The notes under the pieces are model-generated. The model saw nothing but the letters and a program-made list of their open reading frames with translations, did no database searches and was not told the DNA's origin. A DNA stretch of 63,534 nt, counting the filler, from Reclinomonas americana ATCC 50394 (taxonomy: Eukaryota): the NCBI GenBank assembly GCA_048213135.1. It is 7 parts of 5 records of this genome, joined end to end, with 100 filler letters (N's around TTAATTAATTAA, not from the genome) between each part and the next. Parts side by side here need not be neighbours in the genome. Positions count along the whole stretch, not along the records: positions 28,532 to 36,748 come from PS015136.1; positions 36,849 to 44,277 come from PS015136.1; 5 more parts are not named here. One strand, written 5' to 3'. Shown one piece after another: positions 28,565 through 41,780 of this stretch; within the stretch, counting starts at the first letter, position 1, and each line of letters opens with the position of its first letter. A program made the translations under genes and the position numbers.

Positions 28565-30031
28565 CAACGCCTTCTACGGCTGCTCGCGCTCCGCCGCCGC
28601 CTCGGGCAACTACCTCAACCCGATCATGGTTCGCCGTTCTGCGATGAAGTTTGATTCATTTCCCCATGCTTACTCTTGTTCGCCACTGCCCGTAGTCGGC
28701 CCGCCTGCGCACGGCCGAGTCGTTCACCTTCAAGTACGGTCGCGTGGAGATCCGCGCCAAGCTGCCGCGTGGTGACTGGATGTGGCCGGTGAGTGTGGTC
28801 AAAGAATACAGCGTCGATTGTCTCTGCTCACCAAGTATTGCAATGGCAGGCCATCTGGCTCCTCCCCGCCGACAACGCCTATGGAGGTGCGCCTCTCCCT
28901 CTGCACTGTCTTCTTACTCGTGGGTTCATTATACTCACTTTCGTGCCTCGTCCTGCAGAGTGGCCGGCTTCTGGAGGTTTGGATTGCAGGTTTTGACCCT
29001 GTTAAATTTCTTCGCACTCACACCTCTTTTCGTTATCGGCAGAGATCGACATTGTCGAGTCGCGCGGCAACGGTGCGATGCATTGTTTGCCCCCTCTTCC
29101 ACTTCCCTCGCCGCTCACTCTCCTTGCCCCTCCCAGATCCGTCGTACCCTCCGGGTGGACGCAACAAGGTGCTATGCTTTCTCCGTGGTTGTCTCTCTGT
29201 GGCTTCGCCGTGTCTTATCTTGTTTTCTTCCGCACTAGTTCGGCTCCACGCTGCACTGGGGACCGTACTACAACCAGGACAAGTGGCCGATGGTGAGCGG
29301 CGAGGGGAAGAGTCTTGTACTTGCCATTGTGATTGACAGTGACGCGCACACAGACGCACGCCGAGTACACGCTGCCGTCTGGTGACTTCTCCACGGACTT
29401 CCACACCTTCGGACTGGTTCGCATTCCCTGCCTTTGCTTTCCATGTACAATTTTATCGTTGCTAATATTGATCAATGGTGTGCACAGTACTGGAGCGAGA
29501 CGTGCGTCATGCACACTCTTTCGCTATCTCCCTTTCCCTTTTTCACTCATCACGCGTGACACAGTGAGATTTACACGTACATTGACTCGCCGAGCAACCA
29601 CGTGCTGCACGCGTTCTTCAACAAGAGCCTGTGGGAGCAGGGTGGCTGGGGTCCGAGCTGGGCGAACCCGTGGACTGGCCGCGGTAACAATGCGCCGTTC
29701 GACCAAAAGGTGTCGTGTGTGTGAATCATGATGCGACGCTCTGCAATTGTGGCTGACCTCGCACGCAGTTCTACCTGATCTTCAACGTGGCCGTGGGTGG
29801 CACGAGTGACTACTTCCCCGACGGATACGGCAAGCCGTGGGCGAACGCGTCGCCGACGTCCGTGAACCAGTTCTACGACGCCAAGGGACAGTGGTACCCG
29901 ACGTGGTTGGCGGCTGGCGACAGCGTTGCGTTGTGTGTGTCTTGGTGGCGGTGTGGAGTTTTTTTCGACTCACTTCTGCATAACAGGCTGCAATGCAAAT
30001 CGACTGGGTCCGCGTCACCTCGCTGACTTGA
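28565..30031 (+). CDS. GH16 beta-1,3-glucanase (laminarinase / glucan-binding protein type); 5' truncated, 12 exons visible
   Basis: [37 protein letters not shown], catalytic [15 protein letters not shown] (E-x-D-x-x-E intact), [40 protein letters not shown]. Confidence 0.93.
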
Positions 30032-30910
30032 TGAGGAAAAGAGGTCACAGCATCTCTTTTCCATTTCTTTTCAATTTTCTCTTCTCGTCTCTCTCACCCC
30101 CGTTTCTCCCCGTCCTTCATCTTGATGAAGTGTGGATTGTCACGTTGCACGTTCATGCATGCGTTGAGTTGCTTCTCACCTGCTTCAGTCAGCCGTCACA
30201 AAACACGAGGTCAACGTCGCGTCTTTGGCATCGTCGGTGAGTGGCCACCACAAATTCCGGGATTGTGAGTACGCCAACCACATGTGATGAAAGAAAGAAG
30301 CCATTGTTGAGTGGAGACCGAACAGAGGAGACGAGCGCGGGTGCATTGCTTTGAAGATCGCGCGTCCATTTTGCGGGCGCTGCAGACTCGTGCATCTTGT
30401 GGCTGTCTCTGTTGTTTGTTGTTTCCGTGAGAATCGCGAGAGTACTGATTGGTTAGCGGTGGTGAAGTGGGAGGCACTTGTTGAGGCATTGTGGTTTTGA
30501 AATCTTACGATTTAGTGTGTTGCGTGTGCCGCAGACGATGTGCGGAGAAGTGCATGGTGGCCTCTGCAGAGTCGACGATGCCCAGCGCCTTGATGATAAG
30601 TCCCTGAAAGGGAAGATGACTGTTGGAGAAGAGTAATTGTGTCTATATAATTGTTGGTGTGCCAAGGTCATTGTCGGCAAGGGATTTGTGGACATTTGTC
30701 GCATGATTGCAATGTGGTAAATGTCTCCCGAGTCGACAATGTTCGCGCCGATCGAGGCGCTCACCAAGCCGGCTGAGCATGCTGGGAAGCCAGAACTTGG
30801 ACGCTGGGGGAGCACACACGGAGCGCGACAAGTGATGGAAACAAGTTGCTTGTGACAGCAGTTTGAGGGCTCTGTAGAAGAGCATGACGCAAAAATTTCT
30901 ACCGCCCTCT

Positions 30911-33103
30911 TCACTGAAGAGTGACGCGCTCAAAGAGATAATCCGTGGTGACGCAAGCGCCCTCGCGCAGCAGAATGCGCTTCTTGTCCTCATCATTGAC
31001 GACCCACACATTGACACCTGGTGCGAACACGCGTTAGGTTTCACACAAAGACATGGCAAGAGATGGCGACAAACCATAGCCTGTGGGAGCAAGTAAGCAC
31101 ACACACACACACACTGCGAAAGAAACCAACAGGACAACCGCACCTCGATCACGCAAATGTCGGACCAGACGCTCCGTTGTTAGCAGGCTGTGCATGCCGA
31201 GTGCCGTGGCGCCGATAAATGATGGCAGCCACGTCATGCACGACCAATAAATAAAGAAATCCCACAATAATGTCGCATGTTGCATGTACCACGGCAGCGC
31301 ATCCAGCGCCGACGGATCCTTGGCAGTGTCTGTGCCTCTCTGGTCAGCAAGCATAGTCGGAAGGGGGGACCTCTGTGGCGCGCAACTGCTGCACTGCCGA
31401 GACACCAGGTACCGCTGCGCCAGCAGGGTGGTGCGCACTTTCGGGTCGAATTGCCGCAGGTAGTACAAGAACAGCGGATTGAAGGAGATTACGTGGCATC
31501 GCTCGCGCACGTCGTCACCTGCGAGTCGAAGTGAGAAGGGAGGGAGGGGCGGGGGGTGAGGTCTCTGTCCACGAACCATGTCTCTCGAAAAAGTCAGCAA
31601 GCAGCTGTGCGTTGTGTCGCGAGTTCTTGAACGGCTTGACCTCGATAAACAGCATCCTGGTGAGACAGGGAGAGATGAGCATTACTTCGAAAAAAGGGAT
31701 TGGGAGAGAAGACGAAACTTCTTATAGCGATTGACCAGTGCCACCACATCTTCCAGGGTGGGGATTTGAATGAGGGCGCTATGTGCGGGCAAGATGAGCT
31801 CACATTTGCGTGAATTATACACAGTCCACTGCCAACGAAACTCGGAGCCGCATGGCGCGTTGGAGAGTTCGGGGTGCGCCTGCACCATCTTCTCCACCGA
31901 GAAGGCGTTGTACCGCACGTGACTCAGCAGCTCGTGGGAGGAGTGCGCTGAGAGTGGTCGCTCGACGCCAAACATTCGCTTGAGGGAGAAGTCGTGGTTG
32001 ACGACGGCCACCTGCATGGGGGGAAGGGACATGATGAGAGACATGACGAAGATCACAATGTTCGCTCTGTGACACATGAAGAGTGGCAGAGAGGAGGAGG
32101 ATGGCAGTGTGGTCGAACAAAAGACGAGAAGGCGAGAAAGGGGAAATAAGAGTAAGAGATGGCGTGCTCAGGGTTCGAAGAGACGTGATATCGACGAGAT
32201 ACGGAGGCGCAGACGACATGAGAGGCATGCTGACGAACACAAGGCTCGACATGAAGAGATGAGACACAAGTGCAGTTGGGAAGAGGAGAAGCTGAGGAAG
32301 AGAACAGAGCAACAGACGATGCACTCAGGGTTTGCAGAGGTGAGAATCGATAAGATGAGGAGTCGGAGTTGACATGATAGGCATGCTGAAGAACACCAGG
32401 CTCGACATGAAGAGCTGAGAGACACACCAGTGCAGTTGACAAGAGGAGGAGCTGAGGAAGAGAGCAAGACATGACACGCTTAGGGTTCGAAGAGACGAGA
32501 AATCGATGAGATACGAGAGAAGAAGGGAGGATAACGTGCTCACGCTTCCACGAGGCGAGACACGGAGGCGCAGATGACATGAGAGGCATGCTGAAGAACA
32601 CCAGGCTCGACATGAAGAGCTGAGAGACACAAGTGCAGCGGACAACACACAAGCTGAGGACGAGAAGATAGAGAAGAAGAGGCGACGAGGCGCAGATGAC
32701 ATGAGAGGCATGCTGAAGAACACAAGGCTCGAGATGAAGAGCTGTGAGGCACACAAGCGCAGTTGGAGAAAGAAGAGATGAAGCCCTCGGGGTTTGAAGA
32801 GATGAGAAATCGATGAGATTAAGAAGTCAAGGCAAACAAACAATCACTCAAACACACAAGAGACACACACCACAGAAGCACTGATGCAACTCACCTCATC
32901 ACTCGTCCAATGAATATCAATCTCAACTCCATCAACTCCCGCCTCCAGTGCGTGATAGAGCGAGGCTAGAGAGTTCTCCGGCAACGTCGGCTTAATAGCA
33001 CCACTAACAGAGAGAGAAAGAGAGAAGAGTGAGTGAGAGGGAAGAGCGACATGTCACGAGTCATGACAAGTTACAAACACACACACACATAGACACACAG
33101 AGC

Positions 33104-33142
<39 letters not shown>

Positions 33143-33204
33143 ACACACACGGAGACACACAGAGACACGCACACACACAGAGACACACAGAGACAGACAC
33201 ACTC

Positions 33205-33236
<32 letters not shown>

Positions 33237-33490
33237 CTTTCACACACACAACATACACGCTTATCTCTCTCCCTCACTCTCACACACTCACAACAAGCAC
33301 ACACACACACTCTCCTTCTCCTTCATCTCTCTCTCACTCACCGATGCCCAATGAGCTTCCCCGTGAGTTGCGTCTGCGCAGCGCGTCGCAGTTGCAGTGA
33401 GGTGGGGCCGACACGGAGCCAAAAGTAGGCCACAGTCGCCATGGCACTAAAGAGCATGATGGCGCCGGCGAGCGCCTCGAGAACTGCCAT
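30911..33490 (-). CDS. Glycerophosphodiester phosphodiesterase (GDE1-like, membrane anchored)
   Basis: N-terminal TM segment, LIGHRG, PENSLAS, GVEIDIH, VVNHD, IPTLED, FIEVK, ISFNP and C-terminal VWVVN...VTTDY. Confidence 0.88.
32160..32820. repeat. Four-copy degenerate tandem repeat in a GDPD intron
   Basis: Core GACATGAGAGGCATGCTGAAGAACACCAGGCTCGACATGAAGAGCTGAGAGACAC at ~32215, 32371, 32576 and 32698. Confidence 0.85.
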
Positions 33491-34314
33491 GACCGTGACA
33501 GACAGAGAAATCGAAAGTGTCACGTGGGACGTTGCCTTATTTGGCGGACGCTCGTATGAGTACAGCAGCGTATACGCTGCCAATTGCGCTCTAAAAAAGC
33601 GTGTGCGGTCAGGCCTGCATCGATATCCATTGATTTATCGAGTTCGATATCTGGATTCGGCAAGTTGCGCCTTCGTATCCCCAGACAGCTGCTTCTCGGG
33701 TTCGGATACGCGCATCACCTGGTGGTCGTCGTGGCGCGCACTATAGGCAGTGAGTGACCAGCTTGCAAGGCGATCACGATTTCGATATCGATATCCAGCA
33801 ACTGCAAGCGACGCTCTGCAACAACAACAACAACAAGAACAACAACAACAACAACAAACAACAAGACAGCTTCTCAGCATCCCCGTCTCCAATCCCTCGC
33901 CTTTGTGCATGCACTCTCCGCTTCCATGTACGCGCGCTACTTGATCATCGCAGTCAGTGTCAGCAGCAGTTGTCGATCCCGTCGCGAAGTTCATTTTTTC
34001 CTCAATTGAGCTGGCGATCGCGTCGCTCTTCACATACAGCTTCCCTGCACTCCACCTTTGTACACTTTGGGCCCTGATACGCGCGTGAGTTGATAGCTGT
34101 CGTACAAGACTGTGGCGCGCGATTGGTATCGGTATCTGTTTTCCTAAATTGATCGCGACGCTCTTCACAGACAGCTTCCCGGCATCCCGCCTCTCCAGTC
34201 CCCCCTTATACACTCCGGACCCTTCCACCACCTGGTCCTCTTCTACGTGGCACACACACACACACACAAGGCAGTGCGTGACAGGATTTGTCCGTTTTCT
34301 ACTATCGAGCGAGC

Positions 34315-36605
34315 ATGGGCAACAAGGCCTCCTCCGACCTCCTCAAGGCGCGCGTCAAGCAGCTACACAACAGCAGCAACTCCTCGTCGCACACCAAGCC
34401 CACTACAGAACGAGTTGCGTCTCAGTAACTCTTGGTATTCTCTTTGTATGCACAGTGACAAGTGTTGACAGACGCGTGCCACACACTCACAGCCGACAGC
34501 CGCCATTGTGTGCTCCTCAGTGGACCCCACACGGTGAGCACCCTATCGCACTACTCTTCTTCTGTCCTCCTCCCTCCTCACACATTCTCCCCACAGCTCT
34601 GGTCGCTCAGGCTCCATCACACGAGTCACTCTCAACGCACAGTCACAGTCACATCATGTGCAACAACGGCGAGGCTCTGCGCCCACTCTCTCTGTGGAGC
34701 CTCCACTACACAAGCCACCACTCGTCAGTGGTCGTCGAGGCTCCACGCTCTCCACGCGTCTGGCCGAGCTCAGTGCGCTCTTGCACGATGTGCAGTGTGC
34801 CATTGAGCAGCGAGAGGAGCAGGAGGAGGAAGAAGAAGAAGAGTTCCAGTCACTGGCCGCGGACAGTAAGCTGTCGATGTTGTTGCGCGTGCAGCAGTGT
34901 GAGTCACCGGCCACGGGCACACTTGCGTCGTCGTCGTCGGCGATCACCGACTTGGATGAGATGAGTGGGAGGGCGGACGAGTCGACGGATAGTGCGGCCA
35001 CGATGAGTGCGGAGGATGAGGAGGAGCGAGAGGAGAAAGAGCAAGAGCAGAAGGTGTCTGTGGAGGCAACACCACCACCAGCTGTCGTGGTGTCGTTGGT
35101 TGGCGAGACGCGACCTCGACCTGTCCGCTCACCACTGAGGTCTTTGCGCTTGCCATTCACTGCGTCTCCTCTATCCTCGATTGACTTTCTGCGCATGCAG
35201 TGTGCTGTCGTTTTTGAGTGGTCGCTCGGAGACGGCCCTGCGTCGCGAGTTGTCGCACGTCACCGACGCGTTTGCGGAGGTGTCGATGACGGAGGTGGTG
35301 CCGCCGTGCATTCTCAGTGTCGTGGCGCAGAACCCGGCGGTTTTGCTTCCGCGTGGGTTGACAGTGCCGCCGCTGCGTGTGCATGATCCGCAGCGTGCGC
35401 TTTTCAATGCCGCGTGGCGCGGTGACGTGGCCGCGGCGGAGCAGCTGCTGCGCGACGAAACACTGCAGTCGCTGGTGGATGTGGATGCACAGGATGCGCG
35501 CGGTCGCACCATGCTCTACATTGCGGCGTTTGCCGGTCACGAGCCCCTCGTGCACTTGCTGCTGCATGACGATTTCAGCGCCGACCCCACCATTCCCACC
35601 GACAAGGGCAGCACGCCGCTGCACTGGATCGTGGCGTCGCCGAACAAGTTCTCCGCCACCACTCTCCGCCTGTTGCTGGAAAAGGGTTCGCACAGCGATG
35701 CTGTCTCGCGATCGATGTGTCGTTTTAATTTACTTCCTTTCTGTTGCAGGAGCCGATGTCAACGCGTGCGATCACCAGGGCGTCACGCCGCTGCAGCAGG
35801 CGATTCTGCACCGACACGCCGAGGCCGCAGCCACAATGCTCACCTACGCCTCACCTCCCATCTGTGCCGCCGACTTGTGGCGCACTGACGCGTGGCGACG
35901 CTCCGTGCTCACCATTCTCCACAGCTTCTCCAATGTTACGCACACTGCTGCCTCGACAAGAACAAGACCCCGCTGTAGCTCAAGACTATGTGTTTACAGA
36001 ACCTCCTGGCACGCCAACTCATCGAAAGCGCCTGCCACATCCTCGTCGGCGTCTCCGACGAAGACGTTGGCAGTGCCGGCTGCGACGTTCGCCTCAATTC
36101 CTCGCCACCGCAAGCCGCGCGTGGCAAACAACGACGCGCGTCTCTCAGTCTCATTAGTCAGCCAATAGCCCCCGTAGCGCCAGTCGAAGAGCCAGAGCTT
36201 GGAAGTCCAGGACAACTCGTCCTGGTGTGAGTGAATTGTCCAAGGCGCGAAATCAACAAAGTGTGAGAGAGTGAGAGTGTGTGTGTGTGAGAGAGAGGAA
36301 GCAAGATCAGTGTTTGTCTCTCTCAGTGTGCGTGCGTTTGTGCGTGTGCGTGAGTTTGAGAGGGAGAACAAACTTTCACTGTCTCTCTTTGTTGACTGTG
36401 ACTCTGTGCGCACAGAGAGAGAGAGAGAGTGTGTGTGTGTGATTCTCTCTGTTTGTGTGTGAGTGTGTGTGTGTGTGTCTGAGTGAGAGAGTGGGAAAAT
36501 CGCATTCGCTGCTTTTTTTCTCTCTTTCTCTCTGTGTGGAAAGAGTGAATGCCACTTTCCGATTATGAAGTGCTTGGTGTGTTGGGACAAGGCACTTATG
36601 GAAAG
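34315..36605 (+). CDS. Ankyrin-repeat protein kinase with an N-myristoylation-like start; truncated at kinase subdomain I
   Basis: MGNKAS start; ankyrin repeats (GRTMLYIAAFAGH, GSTPLHWIV, GADVNACDHQGVTPLQQA). The last exon before the linker encodes SDYEVLGVLGQGTYGK (GxGxxG loop). The link between ankyrin and kinase exons is inferred from splice sites. Confidence 0.7.
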
Positions 36606-36968
36606 GTATGTCTGTCTGTGTGTGAGTGTGTGTGAGTGAGAGGGAGAGAGAGACAGAGAGCGCGGGCCCTCGCGACTCCTCGAGAGAGCATCACAGCTTG
36701 TTGTCTCTTTCTTTCTCTGTCTGTGTTCTCCTCTCTCTCTCTCTCTGANNNNNNNNNNNNNNNNNNNNNNNNNNNNNNNNNNNNNNNNNNNNTTAATTAA
36801 TTAANNNNNNNNNNNNNNNNNNNNNNNNNNNNNNNNNNNNNNNNNNNNGTCCGTCCCGACCCGGACCGGGCCGGGCCGGCCGGTCGGTACGTACCACCAA
36901 CAACGAACACACGACGTACGTCGTCGTCCGTCCGTCGTCGTCGTCGTCGTTCGTTCGTTCGTCGCGTC

Positions 36969-37027
<59 letters not shown>

Positions 37028-37049
37028 CACTCCTCACTCCTCAACGTAG

Positions 37050-40000
37050 GTGGCATCGCCTGTCAAGGCCCCAACGGCCGATGTCGACAGTGCGCGATTG
37101 CCGTCCACCGCCGCCTCAGGCGAGCGCTACCCGTCACCACCCGAGCTGCGTCGGCAGGCAAGTGGAAATGCTGAGCCGGTGGTCGACATTTCGCGGCGTC
37201 GGCGATACGGAGAAGACACACCACTCAACCCGACTCCATCCGCAGGTGCGGGCGTGCGCCATGTGCGTGCGCCTTCCGTCTCTCACTCGCTCACTCTGCT
37301 GTGCTCACAGCGTACGTGTTTGACGATGCCATCACGGCAACCGAGGCCGCCACCAAGCAGGTGTCGACCGAGGAGGAGCAGACGGTGTGTGGAAAAAGAC
37401 TGCAAGCTCCGTGGATGCGTGTGTATCATCAGCCTTTTCTCTTGCAGGCCATTGAGCACTCGGATGTGGAGCAAGAGATGGACGAGGATGGCGTTGAGGA
37501 TGTTGACGATGAGGGCACGCTGCGCACGACCTCCATGGCATCGCCCAGCAACGATGAAATGACAGAAGGAAGTGAGGTGGACGCGCCACCTCTTCACAAG
37601 CGAGTTGCGTGATGCGCTCTCCCTGCTCCTGTCTTTCCCCATCTCACTCACTTCACTGCGGCAGCGCAAGAGCACCGACGAGTCAGATGCACGACGCATG
37701 CCTCCAACTCCGTCGTCGCCGGCCACGCGCACACGATCCATGTCCTCCATCGAGCCAGCGCTGCGCGGTCAGTGGCCATTATTATCTACTCTCCATCCAT
37801 CCTCCTCCTCCTCTCACGTGCATGTGTCTCACGCAGCTGAGGAAGATGAGAGTGCACACATTACCGCGCCCATTGTGGCCGACTCACCGCAACGGCCGCT
37901 GAAGCGTGTTGTAGGTACGCACGCTCATCGATAATCCCTTCCCGTCAAGGTTAATTGATTCGTGTTGTTGTTATGTTTGCAGATGATGTCGGCAACAAGG
38001 GGGCGCCCAGCCACTCTACCTCGCAGGACCTACGCAAGCGACTGGAGAAGCTTCGCGCCAGCCCCAAGCCATCTCTGGCTGTCAAGCAGGGCGTCAATGT
38101 GGCTGTCCGTTGCGTGTGTGTTGCAGCAATTCTCATCTTGCCAGTATCTGATGTTCTCTCCTCAGGCTCGCGACCATCAACTCCCGCGGCATCGCAGGAC
38201 ACCATCACGTTCCAAGATTTGGAGAAACAATTTGAGGAGGTTTGTTGTCTTGCGTTCCATCTTGCCGGATTACCTGCTTACTTCTTCCCCTCGTCCCTCT
38301 TTTCCTCGCGTAGATTCAACGCGAACTGCACCCGCTCGAACGCATGCGGCAAAGCATGACAGAAGCGGGCGGAGCCGGTGGTGCAGGTGGTGGCGCGGCA
38401 GGCCAGCGCCGGGAGTCGCCGCCTCGTGTACCACCACGGCCGGCCACTGCGGGCGCAGCCGCTCCGTCACGCGCCCCGAATCGAGTTGGTGCACCTGCAC
38501 TCGGTGCACTTGCAGGTGCGCAGGTTCTGAGCAGTGGACTCGCGGATGCCGTGTCACCGCGCAACGAACAAGACAACGACTCGTTTGCGGACGACTCGGT
38601 TGCCGACATTGGCGGTGTGTTTTTGTGTCTCTATTGCTCCTTTGTGAACATTGCCTCACATTGTTTGCAGGCACCGAGCGCCTGATGCGCAAGTGGGAGG
38701 AGTTGCAGCTGTCGGCGTCGGCCTCCTCAAACCTCGCTCATTCGCAGTCGATCGACTCGGAGGCGCGTGGCGGAGTCGACGGATTCGATTCGTTCATGTC
38801 GCAGCAGCATGACCTGTCGGCCGACACCAGTATCACATCGCCGCGGGATCCGCGTGCTGAGCGGGTTTGTGTCTGTGTTTGTGATGCACGGGCGATCACG
38901 AGGGAGAGCGCCCTAACACACCCGCTGTACTTGTGCAGGAACAAATGCTGAAAGCGCGTCTGGCCAACATTTTGAAGCGTGGTCCGGCATTGCAGGGGTC
39001 TGCCACACCGCAGACGAAGGGCAGTGCTGCTGCCACGGCCGCGTCACAGTTGCCATCCGGCAGGCAATCTCCTGTAATACCCTTGTCTGGTGGCGCCACC
39101 ACTACGACCACCACCGCAACTGCACCCGAGGGTGCGGCAGCTCTGGGCAAGTCGCGCTCGCAGCCGGCCGTCAACAGCGCCCGTCGTGCTTCGGAGCGCA
39201 ATGCCTCGGCACGCGAGAGCCCTGCCTCCCGCCGTCTGCAAAGTCCCGCCGCCCGATTACGCTCTCCCAGCAACGGTGAGACGACGGAGACCTTTTTTCT
39301 TCTGCGTTTCGATGTACTTCTGACCTTTAGGGTTTTGTAGGTCGGGGGAGCGCCGCACCACCACCTTCGGCAGCACTGCCGGCTTCGGTCGCTGCGCCGA
39401 GTGTGGGGCCGTCGCTGCCGGTGTTCTCGCCGTCGGATGTCGGTCTGATGGCGGGTGTGAATCCTCTCACTGGTGAGAAGTAGTATCGATCGTGCGCTAT
39501 CTCACCCCTGTGCCTCACTATGTCACACGATTCTCCCCCCGTAGCGGCCTTTGCTTCTCGGTCACCAGTCGACGACGCGCAATTCCAGGCGTACTACGCT
39601 TGGCGTCGCATCATTGTCAGCACCGATTTTGATCCACACGGTTCGACTGCTCATTTATTGGAGATCGTCGGGTGATGATCTCTGGCGTGCTCATGTATCT
39701 TGTGGTTTTGGTGAATGCAGACAAGACGCCGCGCAGTTTCCGCCGTGATCGTGTGTGGGACAGCAAGGACAGGCATCGATTGCTGCTGCCAGTGTCCGAC
39801 ATTGTGTTCCTGTTTCTCGTTGCGTTCCCTGTCATTGATTCACTTCATTCGTCGTGCTGGCGCCGACTCGTCATGCAGCTCAATGGCAACAACGAGTCCA
39901 AACTCAAAATTCGCTCGTTCCGGCTGAAGTGCAAGAATGACGTGAACTTTGAGAAGCTCCGCCCTCTGGTGAGCCGCTTCGCACTGCTGGTGACGCGATC

Positions 40001-41037
40001 ATCATCCTTCTCACTCAAGATGCGGTGCCGCAGGTTGTCTCCCGTGTCCCCCGCTCCTCGAATGTGTACATTATCAGCGTGCCCGGCTCCAAGACAAGCG
40101 GCAAGGAGGTGGAGGAGTTCATTCTCGATTTTGAAAGGTGTGTGTTTGAATATCCAAGAATTTTTCGTGTGCATCGAGTCGCTCAGGTCCATACCAACAG
40201 CCCGAATCCCATTGACGAGTTGTACGTGTTGAGGAGAGAACGAGCGCTGCTGGACATGATTGGTGTGGACGACAGCGAGGCCCCGACCTTTGCGCCGGTC
40301 ACTGCTGCAGCTGTCGGGGCACCAGTTGGCGGTACTCCGGCTGGACGGGGTGAGTGGCTGTCACGTGTGAGCACTTCTCTGCCTTCTGCGTGTGCGTTTG
40401 TTCTGATTTGTGTGTGCGACCAGTAACGGATTCGTCGCCGCGGAGGTCGAATGGAGCGGTTGGTGGTCGACGCACTCCTGGCTCCACACCCACACGAGGT
40501 GAGGCGCCCACTGTCGTGTCGCTGTATGCACTTATTATTGAAGCTCACACGGTGGTTGGTACAGGACGCACAGGCGGTGTACCGCGATCCAACTCTGCTT
40601 CCGGTCCCGGGTTGCGCAACGCACTTGGTGCAGGCGACACTGCCGATGAGAAAGAATGTTGCGATTCGTGATTGTTAGTCCGTCGTCATTCGTGGAGGCT
40701 GACAGCTCACCGCACAGTGCGTAACTTGCGGAACGCGGTAGCAGCTGAGAAAGCACAGGCGGTGAGCCTTGACATTGCAGCCTTGTCACTGTCCCCCTCC
40801 ACCGCTCATTATTGTTGCGTGCTGCAGGTGTCACCATCGCCTGTGCAGGCCTACTTGCAATCCAATGCACCGATTCGACCGCAGACGTATGCCGGCAGCT
40901 CACTCCTTCCACCACGTGCGGCGGCCGACGACTCGGTGAGTTTGCCAGGCGCATGCGGTGATGCGTATCCCAGAACTCACTATTTTGTTCTTCCAGTTTT
41001 CGCGATTTTCGGATCTCAACAGCAGCAACGGGAGTGA
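37050..41037 (+). CDS. Large multi-exon hypothetical protein, mostly Ser/Pro-rich, with a possible globular region at ~39440-40270; 5' truncated
   Basis: A series of open exons bounded by GT-AG sites; no recognisable family motif. Confidence 0.55.
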
Positions 41038-41295
41038 CGGTGAGTACTTCCCGACGCGGCTCTTGTGAGCCATTGGCGTGCTTCGCTCACGACTGTTCTT
41101 GTGTACTGTGTAGCGGATGCGGACATTCAGCACGCTCGCAACCTGCTGCAGAGATTACGACAGGAGAAGCGCAACATGTCGTCTGTGCCGACGTCAGGTT
41201 GAGCGCAACTAGTTTGTGCGGGTGTGTGTAAAAGAAGATTACAACAGTGTGTGTACACTAAAGGACTCAGTGACCGGTTAGAGAGCATGCATGGC

Positions 41296-41626
41296 TCAGC
41301 GACGCCACACGGGGCGACCGTCGCTCTGCGCGGCAGATTCAAGAATGCATTAGTTCTGGCAGAGTGGGCAGCAAGCATGAAAAACGAGACGCACCGACAC
41401 GGGAGAGCGAGGCGATGATGGCGGGGAGCCGGAAAAGCGCACAGATCGCTGGGAGTAAGAATCACCATTGTTTAGTTATCTGCAGTGCACGTGAAAGCAC
41501 GCGGCGTCTAAACGCAACTGGACTCGAGTGTCCACCGACTCGGTTTCGTGGCGAGGGTCGTGGCGATGCCGCGACGCTGGACGGCGACGACGCAGAGGAT
41601 GGGCGCGGTGGTGGAGGCGATGGCAT
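41296..41626 (-). CDS. Candidate 63-aa Ser/Pro/Arg-rich microprotein, 3 exons
   Basis: Exons 41626-41519, 41448-41395 and 41325-41296 are all phase 0; donors GTTGCGT and GTGCGT; ACTAAT branch-like motif in intron 2. Confidence 0.4.
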
Positions 41627-41780
41627 TATCGGCAGGGTTCGCGTCTCAATGTCTGCGCACAAAGAAAGAGGGAGAGATGAGCAACCAGACTGCCACATCA
41701 ATTCTGTCGCAAGTAACCACAGCACCTTCCGTCCACATCAGCGAATGCGTAAGTGCTGTGGGTAGAGGAGTCAGCATAGA

